Of a stretch of 64,000 nucleotides of DNA, positions 57,836-64,000 are shown one piece after another. The stretch spans positions 1-64,000 of the forward strand of contig JASFQK010000039.1 of NCBI GenBank assembly GCA_050115495.1. The letters are read 5' to 3'. Below the pieces are notes generated by a model that did not search any database, was not told the origin of the DNA, and was given only the letters and a program-made list of their open reading frames with translations. Every line of letters begins with the position of its first letter. The stretch's first letter is position 1. The position numbers were made by a program, and so were the translations under genes. The stretch comes from Phycisphaerae bacterium. GTDB taxonomy: Bacteria; Planctomycetota; Phycisphaerae; UBA1845; Fen-1342.

Positions 57836-58164
57836 ATGCGACTCCCTTCCGACAGCTCGTCGGCCAGCGCTTCCAGGGCTTCGATTCGCTCGAAAACGTC
57901 CGCCTCGGTCGGTCGGCCGAGTGTGTAGCTCAACAACAGGCGGACTGCGTTCAAGTCACCGTTCTTAGCGTCCTTCACGAGCCGGCGGGCAATGGCTCGC
58001 ACGTCTGCCGGTTCAACGGCTCTCACAAGTTCTGCCCGCAACGTCGCAACTCGTCCGGCCAGCGGGTGCCCCGGCCCGCCGGCGTTGCCCTTCAGGAAAC
58101 GTCCGTTGGGGCCGCGCTCCGGCCCGCCGTTTCCACCGTTAGTTGACGGTCGCCGCTGTGCCAC
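57799..58164 (-). CDS. DUF5681-like / terminase-small-subunit-like protein
   Basis: GRFLKGNAGGPG..R then helical AKNGDLNAVRLLLSYTLGRP, typical of the GxFxxGxSGNPxGR family; GGAGG RBS. Confidence 0.6.
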   Translation of the reverse strand: MAQRRPSTNGGNGGPERGPNGRFLKGNAGGPGHPLAGRVATLRAELVRAVEPADVRAIARRLVKDAKNGDLNAVRLLLSYTLGRPTEADVFERIEALEALADELSEGSRICRGEVGLDSNG

Positions 58165-58180
58165 GCCTCCAGCCTCCACA

Positions 58181-58549
58181 TCAGCCCATCGGGCGGACGG
58201 CCACCGTGACGACGCAATCCTGATCGTCGTAGCCGTCCTTCGACGCCCGAATGGTCTCGGAGTAGTCGCCCGGGTCCAAATCACGCCCGTCAATCGTCAC
58301 GTCGAACAAGGTCCCGTCCTGGCACGTCGCGGGGATCGTCAGCCACGACGCACCTGCAAGCTTGGCAAGTGTCGCATCGCCCTCGAACGCCGGGCTTCCT
58401 GAGAGAGTGAGCGCCACCGTCTTCGTCTGGGCCTGCCCGGCGGGTCGGGAGCCGGCCTGATCCCGGACGGCCCGCGGCGTGAACGCACCGCCCGGGTGTC
58501 GGATCGTGAGGCTCAGGGCCAGCGGATCGAACGAGAGGACGTCTGCCAT
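58181..58549 (-). CDS. Small beta-rich (Ig/PEGA-like) hypothetical protein
   Basis: GGAGGT RBS; LDPGDYSETIRASKDGYDD pattern. Confidence 0.6.
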   Translation of the reverse strand: MADVLSFDPLALSLTIRHPGGAFTPRAVRDQAGSRPAGQAQTKTVALTLSGSPAFEGDATLAKLAGASWLTIPATCQDGTLFDVTIDGRDLDPGDYSETIRASKDGYDDQDCVVTVAVRPMG

Positions 58550-58813
58550 GTCGGCTACCTCCGTGTTAGGTTCGTGTTAGCGCCACCCGGCCGGCCGCAG
58601 TGTCCGGATAAAAGCCGCGTTCCGAGAATGTGAACGCTGGTCGCCCGCCGAAACCCGGTACGTACCGTCCCGGATGGGGCCCACAGCCGCCCCGCGCCCT
58701 GCCGCAACTCCAGCTTCCGCAACGCCTTGCGACGAGCGGCTGAACCGGTGACGTTCTCTCTGCTGAGGAGACTGTCACAACGCATCCTCGCGTACGTCCA
58801 TGACGACCCGCGT

Positions 58814-59500
58814 TCATGCCGGAAACTCCATTTGCCGCTGTCGCTGGTCGGGAACGTTGTACAGATTCACAACCGTGCCGGCTGCCAACCGCGAAGCGAC
58901 TCGGTCGTCATACAGGCCGGCGAGTCGGTCGAGGTCCAGATTGCTGGCGACGACCAGCGGGCGGCAGAATCGCCGGTCAATCGCTTCGGTCAGCACTTCC
59001 CGGGCGAATTCGCTGGGGTCGCCACGGACGCCAAGCTCGTCGAGTACGGCGAGAGTCGCGCGTTGCCAGCGCTCCCACACGTCTTCGGGATAGAGCCGTG
59101 TTTCGGCGTGGGAGCCTTCGTCCCACAGCTCGCCGCACTTCGCGCGGCGTACGGTTTCGGTCAGCGCGCCGAACGTGGTGTAGCGGGCTAGCCCTCGGCA
59201 ACGATCAGCCAGGTACAGGCTCGCGCAGGTCTTGCCCACTCCGGGGCCGCCGCACAGCACGAGCGGCCAGGGTCGCTTGCCGCTCACAACATCGCACATC
59301 GCGGTCTCGATTGGCCGTGGAATGCGTTCGCGCAGCCGGAGCGCTTCCAAACGATGCTGCACCCGGCCAGGGTGCGGCCAAGTTGTCATGCGATAGAAAC
59401 CGGGGTACGGGCCGACGGGCAGGTGTCCGCCGGGCTGCTGCCACTCCGTCGGGGCCGCGGGTGCGTAGCCTGCGCGTGTCATGAAATACCCTCCCTGCAC
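58814..59500 (-). CDS. DnaC/IstB-like AAA+ ATPase (helicase loader)
   Basis: Walker A GGPGVGKT, Walker B LAVLDELG, IDRR, ASNL, DRVASRL. Confidence 0.85.
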   Translation of the reverse strand: MQGGYFMTRAGYAPAAPTEWQQPGGHLPVGPYPGFYRMTTWPHPGRVQHRLEALRLRERIPRPIETAMCDVVSGKRPWPLVLCGGPGVGKTCASLYLADRCRGLARYTTFGALTETVRRAKCGELWDEGSHAETRLYPEDVWERWQRATLAVLDELGVRGDPSEFAREVLTEAIDRRFCRPLVVASNLDLDRLAGLYDDRVASRLAAGTVVNLYNVPDQRQRQMEFPA

Positions 59501-60240
59501 CGGTGCGCGTACTTGCCGGGCGCGGCCACCACGCGGGCGGGCGAACGTGGCTGCCCGTTGCCCCCGCCTTGCTTCGGCGGAAAAAGGCCCTGCCAGCCGG
59601 CGCCGATGCTCGTGCGAATGCTCTCAATTGCCGCCGGCTCGCCCATCCCTTCGAGCGCTGTGAGCTGGGCGGTTAGCGTGCGGGCCGTGCAGGTGAGCCG
59701 GCGTTCGTGCCGGTAGGCCAGCCATTCCGCCCACGCGACCCGGAATTCGGGGGTGTCCAGACTCAGGGGGATCGTCACCGACGCTGCTGCCGCCGCCGCC
59801 GGTTTGCGCTTGCGCGCCCTATTCTGGGTATCTGGAAGATTCTCTTCTCGTTCAGTCACACTGGTTGTGACGTGCTCGTCACACTGGTTGTGACGTAACA
59901 TCCCGCTGGTTGTGACGCCGCCAACCACTGGTTGTGACGTCCTACTGGTTGCGACGTCACACTCTGCGTGACGCAGAAGCCGATAGCGGTTCGGCCGCCG
60001 ATCCTCGCAACTGCCGCGGACCACGCTCACGAAACCGGCCGCCACGAGCCTCGCAATAGAGGCTGGCACGGTGTTCGGGTGGACATGGGCGAGGTGAGCC
60101 AGCGCGCGTACGCCAGGGTTGCCCTCGTGGCTCTCGAAGTCGCAGTGCGTCGCCAGGGCTGCATAGACGGCCAGGTCCACGGCCCGCACTTCGCCGTGTT
60201 CCATCAACGCCCGCGGCACCTTGCCAAAGAGGTAGGTCAC
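59479..60240 (-). CDS. Phage-type replication initiator with N-terminal HTH
   Basis: LAVYAAL..PGVRALA..IARLVAAGFV..NRYRL wHTH; C-terminal WAEWLAYR..SIGAGWQGLF; internal iterons; upstream of dnaC-like gene. Confidence 0.8.
   Translation of the reverse strand: MTYLFGKVPRALMEHGEVRAVDLAVYAALATHCDFESHEGNPGVRALAHLAHVHPNTVPASIARLVAAGFVSVVRGSCEDRRPNRYRLLRHAECDVATSRTSQPVVGGVTTSGMLRHNQCDEHVTTSVTEREENLPDTQNRARKRKPAAAAAASVTIPLSLDTPEFRVAWAEWLAYRHERRLTCTARTLTAQLTALEGMGEPAAIESIRTSIGAGWQGLFPPKQGGGNGQPRSPARVVAAPGKYAHRCREGIS
59855..59956. repeat. Iteron array, 5 x CTGGTTGTGACG (putative replication origin)
   Basis: Copies start at 59861, 59884, 59906, 59928 and 59945 (last has 1 mismatch). Confidence 0.85.
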
Positions 60241-60250
60241 GGCCGGTCCC

Positions 60251-60529
60251 TCAGCAGCCCTTCGCGACCAGTTCGCGCTCGGCCGCCTCGGCCCGACGGT
60301 CGGGGGCCGGCGGGACGGCGCCGGGCGAGTTCAGGCTTTGTATGAACCGCTGGCAGGCTTCCCGTGAGGTGTGCCGCACTCCGCCTAGGACGACGCTCTC
60401 CAAGCGCTGGCCGCGGACGCCGTGCAGCGTCCACCTCCAAATCGTACTGATGTGGGCGGGTTTCGCTGGATTGATGACCCGCGCCGCCTTGCGGAGCGGA
60501 ATGAGTTGCTCCACGGTCGTGTCGATCAT
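60251..60529 (-). CDS. DUF1580-type HTH protein (excisionase/AlpA-like)
   Basis: LIPLRKAA..HISTIWRWTLHGVRGQRLES..GG..TSREACQRF; AGGAG RBS. Confidence 0.8.
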   Translation of the reverse strand: MIDTTVEQLIPLRKAARVINPAKPAHISTIWRWTLHGVRGQRLESVVLGGVRHTSREACQRFIQSLNSPGAVPPAPDRRAEAAERELVAKGC

Positions 60530-60594
60530 GGTGAGGCTCCTGCAAAGTGTTACTCACTTCGCAAGTCTTCCTCACAAACGCGACCGTATCACTT

Positions 60595-60610
60595 CGTAAC
60601 GTGCGTTACG
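60595..60610. promoter_or_regulatory. Palindrome CGTAACG-TG-CGTTACG, putative operator upstream of the HTH-replication operon
   Basis: Perfect 7-bp arms; two nearby TCACTTCG direct repeats. Confidence 0.45.
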
Positions 60611-61538
60611 GTTTACGATCAGTCGTCCGGGGGCTCCACTGGCGAATGCGCTGCTCAACCCACTTGCGAGGGTAGTATTTTTCCCCGTTGTCCGGTGCGT
60701 GGAGCACGTCGGCGTCGTTCAGGACGCCCGCGCGGCGGTCGGCTTCCTCCCAGTTTTGCAGTGTGCTGCGCGGAGGTCGCTTCCCGCCCTTGCAGAACTC
60801 GTCGCCGTTGATGATCGTGTTCGCGCCGACGTGGGTCGAAGGTGGCGTCCAGGGGGGCGGCGCTACAGCGGTGAGGACGTCGGCTTTCCCCGGGGGTGGC
60901 CCCGCGAGCCGCTGGTCCCGGAGAATGCTGGCGCCGCGCGGAGTGAGCATGATCCTGATGCGCCGCGACCGGATGCGTTCCACCAAGTCAGACGGCTTGT
61001 CGCCGAGCTTGCAGAGCCCCACGCCCACGTATCCGTGCTGACGGCGCCCGACGCTGTTCGTGATCCGCGTCAGCCCCTTTGATACGCCGGGCAGGCCAAC
61101 GACGTGGGCCTCAAGCTCCGCTTCGTTCATGCGGTCGGCGCCGCGTATTCCCTCGGCTATGGCCCATTCGCGGTAGTCCCGCGCGACGGCCAGGGGGAGC
61201 GCCCCCAGCTCGAACGCCAGGGCCAGCCGTTCCGCTGCGTACCGGTCGAAGTGCGTGCCCTTTCCCGTCCGCGGTGCGCTCTCGCCCGAGACCGCTTCGC
61301 GCGTCCGCCCCTCAAGTTCGCGCTTGATGCCCCTGAGGTCGGCTTCGTCGCCGGGATTTCCGTTCCTGAAACAGATGATGCCCTGATGCTCGGGGTCCAT
61401 GAGCCAGCCGAGTACATCGGGATGCCGGAGCTTCTCGGGCAGTTCGGCGACGAACAGCGGATTACCCGCTTCCTCCAGATGCCGGAGAAGCTCCAAACAC
61501 ACTGGGGGCACGGCGTCGATATGAATGGCCTTGTTCAT
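60606..61538 (-). CDS. Hypothetical protein, possible C-terminal HTH regulator
   Basis: GAGGT RBS; PPRSTLQNWEE..YYPRKWV resembles a MerR/xis-like HTH; lies between integrase and DUF1580 gene. Confidence 0.6.
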   Translation of the reverse strand: MNKAIHIDAVPPVCLELLRHLEEAGNPLFVAELPEKLRHPDVLGWLMDPEHQGIICFRNGNPGDEADLRGIKRELEGRTREAVSGESAPRTGKGTHFDRYAAERLALAFELGALPLAVARDYREWAIAEGIRGADRMNEAELEAHVVGLPGVSKGLTRITNSVGRRQHGYVGVGLCKLGDKPSDLVERIRSRRIRIMLTPRGASILRDQRLAGPPPGKADVLTAVAPPPWTPPSTHVGANTIINGDEFCKGGKRPPRSTLQNWEEADRRAGVLNDADVLHAPDNGEKYYPRKWVEQRIRQWSPRTTDRKP

Positions 61539-61639
61539 CTTGGCGACCTCGCGCCCGGGCCGCACGGTGGGGTCGCACGTCCACCGCGCGGGCACCGGGC
61601 AGTTCGGCGGGGATCAACCGCCGAGTTCATGTTACCCGA

Positions 61640-62962
61640 TCACCCGATCTGGCGTGCAATCTGGACCGCCAGCCGCGAATCTCTCTCCGCGTACACCTGC
61701 GTCACTGCCGCGTTTGCGTGTCCCAGCGCGACCTGCGCGCCCTCCAGGCCGAATTCTCGCCGAACAGCGGTTGCAGCGGCATGACGAATCTGGTTCGGCG
61801 CGAACGTGTTCTCGCGCCGCCACGCCAGCACGTCTGGCCAGCGGTCGCCCAAGCGGGCCCGCCATTCGGTCGCCGACTCTCCCCTGAGGCGTTTCAGGTC
61901 GGCGGGCAACGGCCATACGGCGAGGCAGGCACGCGAAATGGCCCTGGCGTACGCCGTGACGGCGTACCGTTCACCCGGCGCCCGACGTCGTCGGCGCTTC
62001 CGGTGGGTGCCGGGCCGGTTGCCGCACGACAACGGCGTCGTCCGGGCCGCATGCCGGGCCTCCAGACGCTCCCGTTCCTCTTCGGCCGGCGAGAACAGGA
62101 ATCCGGGTCTCAGGAACGGCGTGATTGCGGCCTGCGCCAAAGGCCCCAGAGCGATTACCCGCCGGCGACCGTGGTGTGCCGTCTTGTGCTCACAAAGCGT
62201 CCACAACCACACTTCTCCGCTGCGGTCGATGTCCTCGCCACGAATCGCGCACGCCTCGCCGGGCCGGCAACCGCAGGCGCGTTGCAGTTCGACGAGCGCG
62301 CGTACCTGCCTCGACAGGTGCGGCTTAATCGCGTCCAGAACGTCATCCGCGACGGGCTCCACGTGCCGCGGCTCCGGCGCGCTGCTCTCGTGCATGCGGA
62401 GCCCCTCGACCGCGCTCAAACTGTGCCACACGGACTCCGGCACCAACTCTTCACGTGCGGCCCACCGAAAACATCGCTTCACGATCTGAATTTTCCCATT
62501 GATCGTCTGGCGGTTGTGCCCGAGGTCGATCATCCGCTGTCGGACGGTGAGCAATGCCCTCGCTCGGAAGCGGTCCGCGGGCTCTCTGGCGAATAGCTCG
62601 CGCACCGGGCGGAGAGCTTGCTTGATCCGGTCCAGCAAATCCGACAGGCGCCGGCGGTTCGGGTTGGCGTAGTATCGCTCGGCGTAATCGAGGTACTTCG
62701 CGAGCACCTCCGCGACGCTGACCGGCTCGACGGGCTGTTCGGGCAGGCGCCGACCGCCGGCCAACCAGCGCCCGATGATCTCGACGTATCGCTCACGACT
62801 CTCGGCCGAGCCGTGCTCGCCGAGATAGTGGTCCTTGCCGTTCAACGAGACGATCGCCCTTCCGCTGGCGCGGTGCAACCGGTATTTCGGGATGCGGACG
62901 CCGGGGGGAGCCTGGAAGATGGGGGGTTGCGGAACCGTGTTTCTTCGCTGTTTTCGGGGCAT
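61640..62962 (-). CDS. Tyrosine recombinase / integrase
   Basis: AGGAGGT RBS; arm domain PKYRLHRASGRAIV..DHYLG; catalytic GCRPGE, HKT, NQIRH, LGH, TQVY. Confidence 0.95.
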   Translation of the reverse strand: MPRKQRRNTVPQPPIFQAPPGVRIPKYRLHRASGRAIVSLNGKDHYLGEHGSAESRERYVEIIGRWLAGGRRLPEQPVEPVSVAEVLAKYLDYAERYYANPNRRRLSDLLDRIKQALRPVRELFAREPADRFRARALLTVRQRMIDLGHNRQTINGKIQIVKRCFRWAAREELVPESVWHSLSAVEGLRMHESSAPEPRHVEPVADDVLDAIKPHLSRQVRALVELQRACGCRPGEACAIRGEDIDRSGEVWLWTLCEHKTAHHGRRRVIALGPLAQAAITPFLRPGFLFSPAEEERERLEARHAARTTPLSCGNRPGTHRKRRRRRAPGERYAVTAYARAISRACLAVWPLPADLKRLRGESATEWRARLGDRWPDVLAWRRENTFAPNQIRHAAATAVRREFGLEGAQVALGHANAAVTQVYAERDSRLAVQIARQIG

Positions 62963-63077
62963 TGTGCGACCTCCTGAGGCGATGCCCGGTATGTACCGGG
63001 TTTTCGCTGACTTCAGGCCGCACCGTGCTCCGTCGCACGGGTACGCTAACTCAAGCGTTCGGCGAGACTTACAACAC

Positions 63078-63151
63078 TGGGCGTTACAGGACTCGAACCT
63101 GTGACCTCATCCGTGTGAAGGATGCGCTCTAGCCGACTGAGCTAAACGCCC
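63078..63151 (-). tRNA. tRNA-Val(CAC)
   Basis: GGGCGTTTAGCTCAGTCGGCTAGAGCGCATCCTTCACACGGATGAGGTCACAGGTTCGAGTCCTGTAACGCCCA folds into a full cloverleaf; CCA not encoded. Confidence 0.95.
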
Positions 63152-63189
63152 GACAAACTGGCGACCGACGTCGCCACCTATCCTTGTCT

Positions 63190-63218
63190 ATTCTGATCTC
63201 ACGCCGGCGGCGCGTCAA
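63190..63218 (-). promoter_or_regulatory. Sigma70-like promoter of tRNA-Val (TTGACG-N17-CAGAAT)
   Basis: Hexamers and spacing ~40 nt upstream of the tRNA. Confidence 0.5.
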
Positions 63219-63409
63219 GATCGGCGGCGGCCGGCGGCGCGGGGGCGAATCGCCGATTCGGACGTTGTACGGGGCTGAAGGCCACCGCGAGCCGTCGTCG
63301 ACACCGGGCCAACCCGTCGTCGGCGCGAGTCATCGCCGACAGAGACCGTCGCCGCCGCCAGGGAGCACGGGCCGTCGTCGGCGCCGGCCGGGGTGGTACA
63401 ATCAGGGGC

Positions 63410-64000
63410 ATGAACGCTGATGTACCCCAATCCATCCCGCTGCCGCTGTCCCAATCCGAACCCCAACCGCCGTCGCCGCGCCGTCGCCGGCTGCCCTCGT
63501 GGCTCAAACGGCCGGTGCCCGTGGCCGAAGCCCTGCTGAAGACGCGCAAGCTCATCAACGGACTCGAGCTGAACACTGTGTGCGTCGAGGCCCGCTGCCC
63601 CAATCTGACCGAATGCTGGTCGCGACACACGGCGACCTTCATGATCCTCGGCGACAAGTGCACGCGTGCCTGCCGTTTTTGCGCCGTGCAGACCGCCCGG
63701 CCCGAGCCGCCCGACGAGGCCGAGCCGGAGCACCTGGCCGAGGCGGCAGAGCGGCTGGGCCTGCGGCACGTGGTCATCACGTCCGTGTGCCGCGACGATC
63801 TGCCCGACGAAGGGGCCGGCCAGTTCGCCCGCTGCACGCAGGCCGTGCGCGGCCGACTGCCCGAGGCGACGGTCGAAGTGCTGGTGCCCGATTTCCACGC
63901 CCGGCGTGAGTGCATCGCCGCCGTTACCGACGCCGCCCCCGAAGTCTTCAACCACAACGTCGAGGTCGTGGCCCGCCTCCAGAAGCAGGCTCGCCCACAG
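63410..64000 (+). CDS. lipA: Lipoyl synthase (partial, runs off window end)
   Basis: LPSWLK, TVCVEARCPNLTECW, ATFMILGDKCTRACRFC, VFNHNVE; TGGTACAAT extended -10 lies 7 nt before the ATG. Confidence 0.95.
   Translation, partial: MNADVPQSIPLPLSQSEPQPPSPRRRRLPSWLKRPVPVAEALLKTRKLINGLELNTVCVEARCPNLTECWSRHTATFMILGDKCTRACRFCAVQTARPEPPDEAEPEHLAEAAERLGLRHVVITSVCRDDLPDEGAGQFARCTQAVRGRLPEATVEVLVPDFHARRECIAAVTDAAPEVFNHNVEVVARLQKQARPQ

Larger units (their letters stand above)
54003..63078 (-). mobile_element. ~9 kb tRNA-integrated element, phage-satellite/PICI-like or remnant prophage
   Basis: Bounded by tRNA-Val and a tRNA-Gly half; co-oriented integrase, HTH, initiator, DnaC-like and terS-like genes; 13-bp inverted repeat near both ends. 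Confidence 0.85.

Noticed and set aside
59855..59956. Repeat array considered as a mini-CRISPR
   Set aside because: 12-bp repeats with 5-11 nt gaps inside a CDS and no cas genes; fits iterons
63199..63957. Minus-strand ORFs of 252 and 246 aa
   Set aside because: Antisense to lipA, which the ORF track omits because it lacks a stop within the window

Overview
High-GC bacterial chromosome segment. PEP-CTERM proteins, a DUF1580-type HTH gene and a planctomycete-style integrase suggest Planctomycetota, probably Phycisphaerae (inference). Left to right: the end of an IS256-family element interrupting a PEP-CTERM gene, an IS66 relic and a REP-like palindrome; secreted proteins (S1/P1 nuclease, esterase); three hybrid histidine kinases and an MCP; a glycoside-hydrolase-like lipoprotein, alcohol dehydrogenase, VWA protein, catalase, CorA and MscK-like channel; a MarR-EmrAB-MFS operon; an H-NOX operon with two kinases and HDOD and degenerate HD-GYP regulators; a PEP-CTERM gene; a large exported redoxin gene; a ~9 kb integrative element; tRNA-Val; and the start of lipA. 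Two candidates stand out. (1) The redoxin gene (48368-51934, minus) is split by one in-frame TGA followed by SECIS-like hairpins, suggesting an unannotated ~1188-aa selenoprotein with Sec outside its thioredoxin domains. (2) The element at 54003-63078 is capsid-less and phage-satellite-like, has a lambda-like iteron origin inside its initiator gene, and its ends lie in two different tRNAs (Val and Gly). All family assignments come from motifs recognised by eye; no database searches were run.
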